Origin: Cyanobacteriota bacterium | GTDB lineage: Bacteria > Cyanobacteriota > Cyanobacteriia > Cyanobacteriales > Nostocaceae | Length of the DNA: 64,000 bases | NCBI GenBank assembly: GCA_046045965.1 | Contig: JBJOKS010000008.1 | Location: forward strand, 32,001 to 96,000 | Direction: 5' to 3' | Shown: in pieces, positions 20,694-30,512 of the stretch | Numbering within the stretch: position 1 is the stretch's first letter | How the letters are laid out: each line of letters begins with the position of its first letter | Position numbers and translations under genes: made by a program | The notes under the pieces: model-generated | The model's database searches: none | Told to the model about the DNA's origin: nothing | Seen by the model: only the letters and a program-made list of their open reading frames with translations

Positions 20694-21086
20694 TGTTGCT
20701 TCCTTCGTGTTCACGTGCAAATTTGCTCAATAGTCATCGACTTGTTTATCAGTTCACCGTCGATACCACAGCCAGAAAATTGCTATTCTAGGTTTATGGG
20801 GTGATGCACTAATCTATCCAGCAAGCACCAATGCTGATAAAGATCAGGGCAATTTTTATCTCTTACAAAATATTTAACTATTAATCTTCTTGTAAATATA
20901 AAGATATTCATATTTCTTTAGACTTGCATGAGGAAAACTGTTTTCTTCATAGGTATTTAAACTCTGATAAAAGCATGAATGCTCTGGTAACTTTGTACAA
21001 AGTTGTTTCAATAATTTAACTGATGACTACTAATCACTATTTATGCTTATATAGTTTTTATGGGAGTAAATATCAAAAGGATTCTT

Positions 21087-22163
21087 ATGGTTAAGTCTTT
21101 GGAAACTCCGCCAGTTGAGTTACTTAAACCAGGTGTAAAAGCGCCTGTTCAAGAAACATTATTAACCCCCAGGTTTTATACCACAGATTTTGATGCTGTG
21201 GCAAAAATAGATATTTCTGCTCATGAAGCGGAAATCAGGGCTGTAGTTGACGAACTTAAGGCTGATTATAACCGCCATCACTTTGTTCGTGATGATGAAT
21301 TTAAACAGTCTTGGGATCACATTCAAGGTGAGAAACGACTAGCTTTTATTGACTTTTTAGAACGTTCTTGCACTTCTGAATTTTCGGGGTTTCTGCTGTT
21401 TAAAGAGTTGTCCCGTCGTATCAAAGATAGTAACCCTCTACTATCAGAAGCATTTGATTATCTAGCAAGAGATGAAGCGCGTCATGCGGGTTTTTTGAAT
21501 AAGTCAATGGCAGATTTTAATCTTTCCCTGGACTTAAGTTATCTCACTAAAAATCGTACCTACACTTTCTTTCCTCCAGAGTGGGTTATTTACACTGTTT
21601 ACCTGTCGGAGAAAATTGGCTACTGGCGTTATATTTTAGTATATCGTCACATGGAACAACATCCAGAATTCCAGTTTTATCCTTTATTTAGAAAGTTTGA
21701 AAGCTGGTGTCAGGATGAGAATAGACACGGAGATTTTTTCAAGGCTTTGTTACGTTCTCAACCCCAGTTATGGAATAATTGGAAAGCACGTTTATGGGTG
21801 CGTTTCTTTTTACTAACTGTGTTTGTTACCCATACAATGACAGTGTTTGAACGGGCGAATTTTTATGAAATATTAGGAATTCATCCCCGTAAATACAACA
21901 ATCAGGTAATTACAGAAACTAACAAAACCGCAGCGAGAGCTTTTCCCACTATCTTAAATACAAATCACCCCTACTTTTTCTGGTATTTGGAACAGTGTGC
22001 AATTAATAACCAGAAATTAATTGAACTCAAGAACAGCAAAAAATTGGGAATTGTGAAGTTTTTCCAAAAAATACCGTTGATGAAAAACATCTTTTGGTAT
22101 ATGTTAAAACTTTACTTAATTAAACCCATCAATGCTGAAAAGAATCGTGAGGCTGTTTGTTAA
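21087..22163 (+). CDS. acsF: Mg-protoporphyrin IX monomethyl ester oxidative cyclase (AcsF; ChlA-II/low-oxygen type by context)
   Basis: TLLTPRFYTTDF, ERSCTSEFSGFLL, RDEARHAG, YLSEKIGYWRY and WCQDENRHGD diiron motifs. Confidence 0.93.
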   Translation: MVKSLETPPVELLKPGVKAPVQETLLTPRFYTTDFDAVAKIDISAHEAEIRAVVDELKADYNRHHFVRDDEFKQSWDHIQGEKRLAFIDFLERSCTSEFSGFLLFKELSRRIKDSNPLLSEAFDYLARDEARHAGFLNKSMADFNLSLDLSYLTKNRTYTFFPPEWVIYTVYLSEKIGYWRYILVYRHMEQHPEFQFYPLFRKFESWCQDENRHGDFFKALLRSQPQLWNNWKARLWVRFFLLTVFVTHTMTVFERANFYEILGIHPRKYNNQVITETNKTAARAFPTILNTNHPYFFWYLEQCAINNQKLIELKNSKKLGIVKFFQKIPLMKNIFWYMLKLYLIKPINAEKNREAVC

Positions 22164-22242
22164 TTGATATTTTCCACCTTTGACGGTTTGTATTATTCTT
22201 AATTTCTAATCTCGCGTAATTCCTGATGTTTTGTAAGTTGTC

Positions 22243-22280
22243 AGATCCCCAAATTCTTTGAAAAGCCGGGGATCTTTTTT
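22243..22280 (+). terminator. REP-like palindrome probably acting as acsF terminator
   Basis: AGATCCCC...GGGGATCT followed by a T run. Confidence 0.55.
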
Positions 22281-22423
22281 TGACATAAATTTATAATCAG
22301 ACCAACCTTAGTCAAATCCGGCACTTAACAAAATTGACAAAAAGATCCGTGTATACATTACCTGCTGAATAGAGATAAAATTGATAAGTATCCGGCATTT
22401 ACCTTCACGGAGATTATAGCCTG

Positions 22424-24148
22424 ATGTTGCTGTGCCTCAGAATTGAGAATTTTGCCCTTATTGACCAACTAGAGTTGGATTTTGGCGCTGGTTTGAATGT
22501 GCTGACAGGAGAAACCGGCGCGGGAAAGTCAATTATTTTAGATGCGATTGATGCGGTTTTGGGTGGTAAAGTTTCTAGTCGTGTGATTCGTACAGGGACT
22601 AGTCGCGCTTTGGTCGAAGGGACTTTTAGTATAAATCCTTTTCTGGCTGCTTGGTTGAATGAACAGGAAATTGATTTAATTGATGATAATTCGGTCATAA
22701 TTAGTCGAGAAATTGCCGTTACTACCAGTAATATTCGCAGTAGATCGCGAATAAATGGGGTGTTGGTAAATCGGCAAATCATGGGAAGTTTGCGCGATCG
22801 CCTTGTAGAAATTACCGCTCAAGGGCAAACTGTACAAGTGGGACAATATGCCCAAGTTCGAGATTGGTTAGATTTATATGGTGGTGATAATTTAATTCAA
22901 AACCGGCAACAAGTAGGTGTTGCTTTTAGTGCCTATAATTTTGCACACCAAACTTTAGAAAAACGCCGCACTTCCGAACGAGAACGCTTACAACAACTCG
23001 ATTTACTCACCTATCAAGTTCAAGAATTGAGTGCAGCCAATCTCGATGATCCGCAAGAAATGGAACAATTAACTCAGGAAAGAGAACGTCTAAATCATGT
23101 TGTTGATTTACAACAAATGAGTTACAAAGTTTATCAAGCTTTATATCAAAATGAAGATGAAACTCCTACTGCTGCCGATTTATTGGGAGATAGTGAAACA
23201 ATCTTAAATCATATTGTCGAGTTTGATTCTCGAATGCAACCGATGTTAGAATTGGTGCGAGATGCAGTAGCAGCAGTGATGGAAGTGGGTAGACAAATTA
23301 GTATTTATGGGGAAAGTTTGGAAGCTGATCCCCAAAGGTTGGAGGAAGTAGAAGAAAGGATTCGGGAATTAAAGCAAATTTGTCGTAAATATGGACCAAC
23401 TCTGACAGAAGCTATAGCTTATTATGAACGTATCCAAAAAGAATTAGCAGAACTCAATAACCATGAACTATCAATTGAAACTTTGGAACAACAAGAACAA
23501 GTTTGTTTACAATATCTCAACCAAGTTAGTCAAAAATTAACCCAATTGCGTCTGCAAACTGCGGCTAATTTAGAATTTCATTTATTGGCTGAACTCAAAC
23601 CTTTAGCAATGGAAAAGGTAAAATTTCAAGTTGAAATTACGCCAACTTCTCCAACGGCGATGGGTGCAGATAAAATTACCTTTATGTTTAGTCCTAACCC
23701 TGGTGAACCCATACAACCGTTAACAGAAATTGCTTCTGGTGGGGAAATGAGCCGATTTTTATTGGCTTTAAAAGCTTGTTTTAATCAACATGATGGTGCG
23801 GAAACAATGGTATTTGATGAAATTGATGTTGGTGTTTCTGGTAGAGTTGCCCAAGCTATTGCGGAAAAATTACACCAACTTAGTCAAAGTCAGCAAGTAT
23901 TATGTGTGACTCATCAGCCGTTAATTGCAGCAATGGCAGATCGACATTTTCGCGTAGATAAACAAGTGATTAATAAAAATGGTAATACTGAACAGCGGAC
24001 AGTTGTGAGAGTTACTAGCTTAGATAATTTAAATACCCGTCGTGAAGAGTTAGCACAGTTAGCCGGTGGTAAGTCAGGCAATGAGGCGATCGCATTTGCC
24101 GAGTCATTATTGCGACAGGCTACAAATCATCGTCAACAGGAAGGGTAA
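22424..24148 (+). CDS. recN: DNA repair protein RecN
   Basis: LTGETGAGKS Walker A, ASGGEMSR signature, FDEIDVGVSG, VTHQP. Confidence 0.95.
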   Translation: MLLCLRIENFALIDQLELDFGAGLNVLTGETGAGKSIILDAIDAVLGGKVSSRVIRTGTSRALVEGTFSINPFLAAWLNEQEIDLIDDNSVIISREIAVTTSNIRSRSRINGVLVNRQIMGSLRDRLVEITAQGQTVQVGQYAQVRDWLDLYGGDNLIQNRQQVGVAFSAYNFAHQTLEKRRTSERERLQQLDLLTYQVQELSAANLDDPQEMEQLTQERERLNHVVDLQQMSYKVYQALYQNEDETPTAADLLGDSETILNHIVEFDSRMQPMLELVRDAVAAVMEVGRQISIYGESLEADPQRLEEVEERIRELKQICRKYGPTLTEAIAYYERIQKELAELNNHELSIETLEQQEQVCLQYLNQVSQKLTQLRLQTAANLEFHLLAELKPLAMEKVKFQVEITPTSPTAMGADKITFMFSPNPGEPIQPLTEIASGGEMSRFLLALKACFNQHDGAETMVFDEIDVGVSGRVAQAIAEKLHQLSQSQQVLCVTHQPLIAAMADRHFRVDKQVINKNGNTEQRTVVRVTSLDNLNTRREELAQLAGGKSGNEAIAFAESLLRQATNHRQQEG

Positions 24149-24512
24149 ACAGCAACTCTGATCCTATCAGTTACTTACCATCAATATAATATTCAGGATT
24201 TGTGAAATTTATATGTAGAATGTTGACAAATCAAACCGGAGTATTTAATACTTTAGTTAATCTCACTGAACATCAGACAGTAATACTAGCATCAAAAAAC
24301 CACTAAACCTGTTCATGTTATATTCCTTGAAAGATCCTTTCGTCAGAATTACGGAAAAATCAGGTTTTCTGAAGATGTTTTTTTAAGTAATAAGACTGTA
24401 CTGAAACCAGTAAGATTTTAACAGAGATATCGGGTTATTTTTATACCGATTGATTTCTTCTATTTACGCACTTAATCAAGTTCCCTATTAAATTACTCAG
24501 GATGACAACATA

Positions 24513-25340
24513 ATGAAGTACAAAATGAATTACACTTTGAAAAAGCTGGCTACTACAGCAATAACGCTGACTGGGGTTGTTACTGCTGCTGGTATCACTC
24601 TCTCAGCACAATCTGCCCAGGCGCTTACTATCAACTTTGGTCCTGGTGATTTTCAGATTGACACCGGCGGTAGGGGCAGTAACAATGCTCTTGCAACTTC
24701 CACAATTAATACAACCGGTATTATAGGTTCAGCAACATCAAACACAGGAGGTTTCAACAATGCATTCTCAAACACTTTTATATTACTAGGTGCGAATCCA
24801 ACTAACGTATTAGGGACTAGTACAGCACCAGCAAACCGTGATGATTTTAGAGGCACTAATACTACGGCCACAAGTGATACTGACATTGTGCTTGATGCTT
24901 TTCAAGTTACTCAACCAATTGCACTGTCCTTTGATTTTGCATTTTACGGCAACGCATCAGCAACAGTCAACAACAACATTGATCAATTCAGTATATCCCT
25001 GTTTCGTCAAAGCGATGGTGCTGAATTTACCTTTTTGAGTCGAAGTTCCAATCTTGGATATGGTGCTCTAAATAATCAAACAGTAAATATTAATGGGGGC
25101 ATTTTCGATGAAGGTGTCTTAGAAGCAGGAACTTACCAACTACGACTCTCCTTGACTGAGGGTACTAACACATTAGGAAACTCAGCAGCAGGTTTCAATA
25201 ACATTTCTCTTAACGTCGCTGAACCTGTTCCCTTTGGATTTTCCACAAATGCGAGTTTGCTAGTATTTGGTGGTGTGTTTTATGGTTTCAACAAATTCAG
25301 AAAAAAACAGGCTTTAAAGAAGTCTCAGGTAGAAGCATAG
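24513..25340 (+). CDS. Secreted surface protein with PEP-CTERM-like (PFE/PFG-CTERM) sorting signal
   Basis: Signal peptide ending AQSAQA; Thr/Asn/Gly-rich body; C-terminal EPVPFGFS + TM + RKK. Confidence 0.8.
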   Translation: MKYKMNYTLKKLATTAITLTGVVTAAGITLSAQSAQALTINFGPGDFQIDTGGRGSNNALATSTINTTGIIGSATSNTGGFNNAFSNTFILLGANPTNVLGTSTAPANRDDFRGTNTTATSDTDIVLDAFQVTQPIALSFDFAFYGNASATVNNNIDQFSISLFRQSDGAEFTFLSRSSNLGYGALNNQTVNINGGIFDEGVLEAGTYQLRLSLTEGTNTLGNSAAGFNNISLNVAEPVPFGFSTNASLLVFGGVFYGFNKFRKKQALKKSQVEA

Positions 25341-25365
25341 ATCAAAATACTTCTGATTTTAAGAT

Positions 25366-25403
25366 TTTATCCCCCCAATACCTCAATGAATTCGGGGGAT
25401 AAA
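25366..25403. terminator. Bidirectional terminator-like hairpin between convergent genes
   Basis: TTTATCCCCC...GGGGGATAAA stem. Confidence 0.55.
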
Positions 25404-25502
25404 CTTCTTAAATTCAGTTAAGATTTACAGCATATTGCAGGTAAAGGAGCTAAACAATTTAATCATAAATAACTTCTGACTCCTGAATCCTGCTGTATGT
25501 TT

Positions 25503-26879
25503 TTACTCCTGGTCTGATGCTCTGATATTTCCAGACATTGCTTGCAAAAGTTGCTCAATTTCTTCTACAGTATTGTAATGTGCTAATCCAATTCTTAATA
25601 AACCACCAGATGATTCTAAACCTAACTTTTCTGTAAGTTCAACAGCATAGAAATTTCCATGCCAGGTAAAGATACCTTTTTCTCCTAACATCTTCGCTAC
25701 ATCTGCCGATTTTTTACCCTCAATTGTGATAGAAACTGTGGGAGTTCTCCAGTTAAATTTGCTAGGTTCAGTAATACCATAAACCGTTACATCAGGAATT
25801 GCTAACAACCCAGAAATCAGCTTTTTACTTAATTCTCTTTCATATTGTTGGATAGCTGACATTGCTGCTAATAAAGCTGCACGACGACTGTGATAAGCAG
25901 ATGTTAACTCATAATTTGGTTGTTCTTTTGAAGTCAGAAACCGGGGACAATGAAAAGTAGTTAAACCTTCCCTATCTGCTGCTATTAAAGAATCTAGTAG
26001 TTCATTATCTAAGGTTGGGGAAACATGACAACCTAATTTAGCTAAATAATTAATTGTAGCGACTAACCCCGCTAAACCTTCATGATTTAAAGTTCCTGTT
26101 TCCCATTTTGAGGGAATTTCATTAGTTGCAGGTCTGACTTTATAGGGAGAAAATTTTGTTAAATGTTCTCTTTTTGCATATAAAATTCCTACATGGGGAG
26201 CAAAGAATTTATAAGCTGAACAAGCGAGAAAATCACAATTTAAATGATGGACATTAATAGGTGCATGGGGAGCATAATGAACAGCATCAACGAAAACCAA
26301 AGCACCCACAGCATGAGCTAATTTGACAATTTTGGTGATATCATTAATAGTTCCCACTGCGTTAGAAGCATAGGTGACAGCAACTAATTTTGTTTTTTCA
26401 TTAATCTTTGTTTCTAAATCGCTAAAATCTAAGGTGCAATCTGAAATCTTGATATCAACAAACTGAATATTTACACCTTTTTCTTCTAAAGCGACCCAAG
26501 GAGAAATATTAGCAGCGTGGTCTAATTTTGTGACAATTATTTCATCTCCTGGTTGTAATTCTCGACCTATAGCACGACTGACACTAAAAGTAAGAGTTGT
26601 CATATTTGCACCAAATACGACTTCATCATGATCGCATCCTAAAAAATCGGCGATCGCTGCTCTGGCAGAATTAATTACTGCATCAGTTCGCGCACTGGTG
26701 GTAAAATAACCGTGAGCATTAGCATTACACCTAACTAAATAATCATTGATATTATCTAATACTGCACCAGGTACTTGAGTTCCCCCAGGTCCATCAAAAA
26801 AAATAGCTGGTTGTCCGTTAATGGTTTGAGTTAATGCGGGAAACTGGGATCTAATCCATTTTATATCTAGAGATTCCAT
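25503..26879 (-). CDS. Cysteine desulfurase-like class V aminotransferase (VC1184 subfamily)
   Basis: FFDGPGGTQVP, LDHAANISPW, VDAVHYAPH, CSAYKFF and ETGT motifs. Confidence 0.88.
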   Translation of the reverse strand: MESLDIKWIRSQFPALTQTINGQPAIFFDGPGGTQVPGAVLDNINDYLVRCNANAHGYFTTSARTDAVINSARAAIADFLGCDHDEVVFGANMTTLTFSVSRAIGRELQPGDEIIVTKLDHAANISPWVALEEKGVNIQFVDIKISDCTLDFSDLETKINEKTKLVAVTYASNAVGTINDITKIVKLAHAVGALVFVDAVHYAPHAPINVHHLNCDFLACSAYKFFAPHVGILYAKREHLTKFSPYKVRPATNEIPSKWETGTLNHEGLAGLVATINYLAKLGCHVSPTLDNELLDSLIAADREGLTTFHCPRFLTSKEQPNYELTSAYHSRRAALLAAMSAIQQYERELSKKLISGLLAIPDVTVYGITEPSKFNWRTPTVSITIEGKKSADVAKMLGEKGIFTWHGNFYAVELTEKLGLESSGGLLRIGLAHYNTVEEIEQLLQAMSGNIRASDQE

Positions 26880-27085
26880 AATTATATTTCCTCATTATTT
26901 ACCGAATAATTCCCTGTATCTCTATCTCCAGAATAATCTTTATTTTATGAACTTGGTGATAATTTAGCTATAAGCATCCTTCATACCCATCCTAGTCGCT
27001 CTGATAAAAGTAGGTGAGTTTCTAATTCATTGACTGACCCTTGTGCTATAGTCACCAAGATTATATTATGGGTAGTTGGAAGTAA

Positions 27086-27210
27086 TATAGGACTCCTATT
27101 TGATTTTTGAACAGAACTCCGTACATACTGAAAACCTTCTTTCCTTTTCCCTGTTCCCTGTTCCCTACCTCCACGAAAAATTCATGAATCAAATAAATCG
27201 GATCACTATA
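27086..27210. mobile_element. MITE-like element (~125 bp) with internal CCCTGTT STRR
   Basis: Imperfect TIRs TATAGGACTCCTATTTGATTTTTGAA / TTCATGAATCAAATAAATCGGATCACTATA. Confidence 0.6.
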
Positions 27211-27356
27211 GAATTTGTTGCTTCTGTTAATTGCCGCATAGTATTTTCCATTATTATGCAAGAATTTAAGAGTCGTAAAATCTCCCAAAACCTCTTCTCT
27301 GTTCCCTGTTCCCTGTTAAGAGTTCCCTTGTCATAACGAAAATTTTTAACGCTAAC

Positions 27357-28241
27357 CTACTTATTGGGGAAACCAACTTTATTCAAAATATTCATGGGAC
27401 CGATATTTTTAACTAACTGCAATTGTTCATGATTTCGCACCAGTAAAGCACCAGCAAACCCCAAAGAGTTGATAGAAATTGACTCAAATTCTTCATGAGA
27501 ACGCGGTACAATTAACATCCAATCTCTCGTAGCTAAAAGATTATAAGCCCCAGAATGTTGATTATTATCAACAGCTGTAATACCAACCGCTGCTAGTAAA
27601 GCATGATATTTTTCTAAAGTTACTGCGGCGCTTTCTTCAGGTTGAATAGTTCTGAAAGCGTGTAAAAAAGGTAGTGCTGGTATAGTTGCGATCGCCTCCG
27701 AAAAATTTACATCTTTTAATAATGGTGTAATCGGAATTTCTTGACCAGAAAAAGGGACAATTTGTAAATGTTTATGTCGCTGACTCGCACCGGCAAGTTT
27801 ACCGCCATTGTAAAAAACTAATCCATCAAAATCAGCTAAAGTTGCCCACATTGCCGCAAAATCTTCTAAGGTAAGTAAGCTTTCTTGTTCTTCAAAACTG
27901 CGGGTGATAATCAACAAGTGATAATCTACAACATTGAATTTATTTAAAATGCACAGATGAGTCTCAGAAATCTCAGCTACAAATAAATCTTCTTCATAAG
28001 GCAAAAAAGGATTAAACTCTTTACCAGTTGCAGCAGTTTGTTTTTCTTGTTTTTCCTTAGCTGCTTGTTTACGATTTAAATTTGATAATATCCGCACCAA
28101 GAATTTAACTCCATCCTGTTCAACAAATTCAAATTCCGTCGGGATAGATTTTAGCGCCCCGCATTTTAAAGCGTGTTCCGTTGTTTGTTTGACTTTCTCC
28201 CATAATGTCCCTGGTTCGAGGAATATTTTCCCTGGTTTCAT
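27357..28241 (-). CDS. ATP adenylyltransferase / Ap4A phosphorylase family
   Basis: NPFLPYEEDL, LNKFNV, FYNGGKLAGASQRHKHLQ (HxHxQ) and NSLGFAG motifs. Confidence 0.88.
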   Translation of the reverse strand: MKPGKIFLEPGTLWEKVKQTTEHALKCGALKSIPTEFEFVEQDGVKFLVRILSNLNRKQAAKEKQEKQTAATGKEFNPFLPYEEDLFVAEISETHLCILNKFNVVDYHLLIITRSFEEQESLLTLEDFAAMWATLADFDGLVFYNGGKLAGASQRHKHLQIVPFSGQEIPITPLLKDVNFSEAIATIPALPFLHAFRTIQPEESAAVTLEKYHALLAAVGITAVDNNQHSGAYNLLATRDWMLIVPRSHEEFESISINSLGFAGALLVRNHEQLQLVKNIGPMNILNKVGFPNK

Positions 28242-28311
28242 CTGTGTTGATAATGACAGTGCTAAAGGTGCTAAAATATTATATAGTAATCCTCAATAAT
28301 TATCTAACAAC

Positions 28312-28343
28312 AATATCCCCAACTTCTAGAGAAATCGGGGATA
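28312..28343. repeat. REP-like palindrome
   Basis: ATATCCCCAACTTCTAGAGAAATCGGGGATAT. Confidence 0.6.
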
Positions 28344-28388
28344 TGAAGATGGTATAATTATTACCAAAATTTGATCTTATTTTATAAA

Positions 28389-28832
28389 TTAACTACGCAC
28401 TGTTTCCGGCCAAAGTTCTCGCAATGCAGGTGGCATCATGTGAACAACATCTTCAATTTCTCCTTGGGAAACCCTTTGAGCCATAATTTTGAAGACAGCA
28501 CGCACCAAGGTTTCCGGATCAATATCAGCATTAACGTTGCGGAAATAATCACGAATATGCTGTAAAAATTCTTCCTTTGTTCTATCTTTACTCTGTTTTG
28601 CACCTGGCCGCCAATTTTCGTAGTAAAAACCACCTAAAAGAATGGGTAATTGCGCTCCTAAATGGGCAGCTTCTTCTACAGTTAAGCGATCGCGCAGTAC
28701 GTGTAATGTAGCTCGCAAACCTTGAAAAACTTGGTGTTTGTTTTCCCAACCTAATTCTTTTGCTAACTCATTAATCCAAGGAATTGTTTTTTGTACAGTA
28801 GCATCAAAGGTATCTAATCCTGTCATTGTCAT
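28389..28832 (-). CDS. DUF2267 family protein
   Basis: LRATLHVLRDRLTVEEAAHLGAQLP...YYENW...GEIEDV...LRELW; ATG 28832 with GGAG RBS. Confidence 0.85.
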   Translation of the reverse strand: MTMTGLDTFDATVQKTIPWINELAKELGWENKHQVFQGLRATLHVLRDRLTVEEAAHLGAQLPILLGGFYYENWRPGAKQSKDRTKEEFLQHIRDYFRNVNADIDPETLVRAVFKIMAQRVSQGEIEDVVHMMPPALRELWPETVRS

Positions 28833-29260
28833 AATTATTTCTCCTGTTTGTGTGCTGCAATTGCTTGATAACTTATGTATGTCAAAAAACCCGCTTACTA
28901 AGTAAGTCAACATAATTAAACATAAAACTCTGAGGAGATAGATACCCAAGTTATTTGATCAGTCGGGTATCTGGGTATTACGTTTTTTTCAGTTGAACTA
29001 CCTACTGAGTTCAAATTATAAAAACCTGGATATTTTTTAACTTCTAGCTAATGGAACATAATCTTTTATTTACTCCTCTATCTGCTAGGAGATTAAGCAT
29101 ATTTTTTTAATTTTTTTTAATTTTTTCTCATTTTTTTTAGGTCAAAACTAGCCCGAATATTGCTGTGCAGTAATATTCAACACTCAGGAATTAAGATTGA
29201 ATACTCAGCACTACTGATGTAGTTTAGGTTAAACTAATGGCAGTGTGTGAGGAGTAAAAT

Positions 29261-30448
29261 ATGACAAATCGCAACCAGATAGAACTATTTGCATTGAGTT
29301 TTCTGAGTGTATGCTTTTGTCTGGGTATGAGTTTAGGAGTAACTATCAGATTTGGCAGAATACAGGAATCAAATGCTACTGCAACAGAGATTCCCGCATT
29401 TTCTCCTGACTCTATACCCAGCTTAGGTGAAGAACAACAAACAATCACTATTAAAGCTGTTGGTGATATCATTCCTGGTACGAATTTTCCTGATTATAGA
29501 TTGCCACGAAATCCCAATCAATTACTACCACAATCAGTGAGAAATCATCTACAAGGATCAGATATTTTATTTGGTAACTTTGAAAGCACCTTAACTAACC
29601 ATCCCTACAGTGCAAAAGATATCCGTCGCGGACAAACTTTTGCTTTTCGTTCTCCTCCCTCTTATGTCCAATTATTTGCCGCAGCTGGTTTTAATGTCTT
29701 GAACATAGCCAATAATCACACAATGGATTTTGGCATAGTTGGGTTTAAAGATACAATCATAAATTTAGAAACTGCGGGGATTAAAACATTAGGTCATAAA
29801 AATCAAATTCTTTATTTAGAAGCTAATCAAATTCCCATAGCTATGATTGGCTTTACAACCTACGATTTATATAATTCTGTTCATAACTTAGAAACTGCTA
29901 AAGCCTTGGTAAAAGAAGCTAAAAACAACGCCAACATTGTAATTGTTTCTATGCAAGTAGGAGCAGAAGGAACCAGTGCTTTACACGTCAAAGACAAAAC
30001 AGAATATTTCTATGGTGAAAATCGAGGTAACTCCTTAAAATTTGCCAGGACAATGATTGATATAGGTGCAGATTTAGTATTAGGACATGGTCCTCATGTT
30101 CCGAGAGCGATTGAACTTTACAAAGGAAAAATTATTGCTTATTCATTAGGTAACTTTTTAGGATATCGCACTTTAGCTACAAATGCCCAAACTAGTTACT
30201 CAATGATTTTAGAAGTCAAACTCAACACAGAAGGTAACTTAGTATCTAGTAAAATTATTCCTGTGCATTTAAATCGGCAAGGTATCCCACAAATCGATCA
30301 ATATTTCCGCACTGTGGGATTACTGCGTTATTTAAATAATCATGATTTTCCTGACAGTAACTTAGCAATTAATAACCAGGGAGAGATTGTTATTTTAAAT
30401 CAACAAAATGCAATAATTCAGGAGTCAGGAGTCAGGAGTCAGGAGTGA
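29261..30448 (+). CDS. CapA/PGA_cap family metallophosphatase-fold protein
   Basis: AVGDII, FGNFES, ANNHTMDFG, GADLVLGHGPHV and YSLGNF motifs. Confidence 0.88.
   Translation: MTNRNQIELFALSFLSVCFCLGMSLGVTIRFGRIQESNATATEIPAFSPDSIPSLGEEQQTITIKAVGDIIPGTNFPDYRLPRNPNQLLPQSVRNHLQGSDILFGNFESTLTNHPYSAKDIRRGQTFAFRSPPSYVQLFAAAGFNVLNIANNHTMDFGIVGFKDTIINLETAGIKTLGHKNQILYLEANQIPIAMIGFTTYDLYNSVHNLETAKALVKEAKNNANIVIVSMQVGAEGTSALHVKDKTEYFYGENRGNSLKFARTMIDIGADLVLGHGPHVPRAIELYKGKIIAYSLGNFLGYRTLATNAQTSYSMILEVKLNTEGNLVSSKIIPVHLNRQGIPQIDQYFRTVGLLRYLNNHDFPDSNLAINNQGEIVILNQQNAIIQESGVRSQE
30419..30446 (+). repeat. STRR (CAGGAGT)x4 forming the last codons of the capA-family gene
   Basis: CAGGAGT tandem repeats translate as QESGVRSQE immediately before the stop. 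Confidence 0.8.
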
Positions 30449-30512
30449 TAATAATTATTATCAATACTGATAGTGAAAGTTATATTGATTTTTGATTTTC
30501 AATCTTCACAAT

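Noticed and set aside
22290..22423. LexA box upstream of recN
   Set aside because: I found no convincing cyanobacterial RGTAC-N3-DGTWC match.
27061..27336. Small ORFs of 75 and 78 aa
   Set aside because: They span a MITE/STRR region and show no protein features. Other short ORFs antisense to or nested in long genes were dismissed as shadows in the same way.
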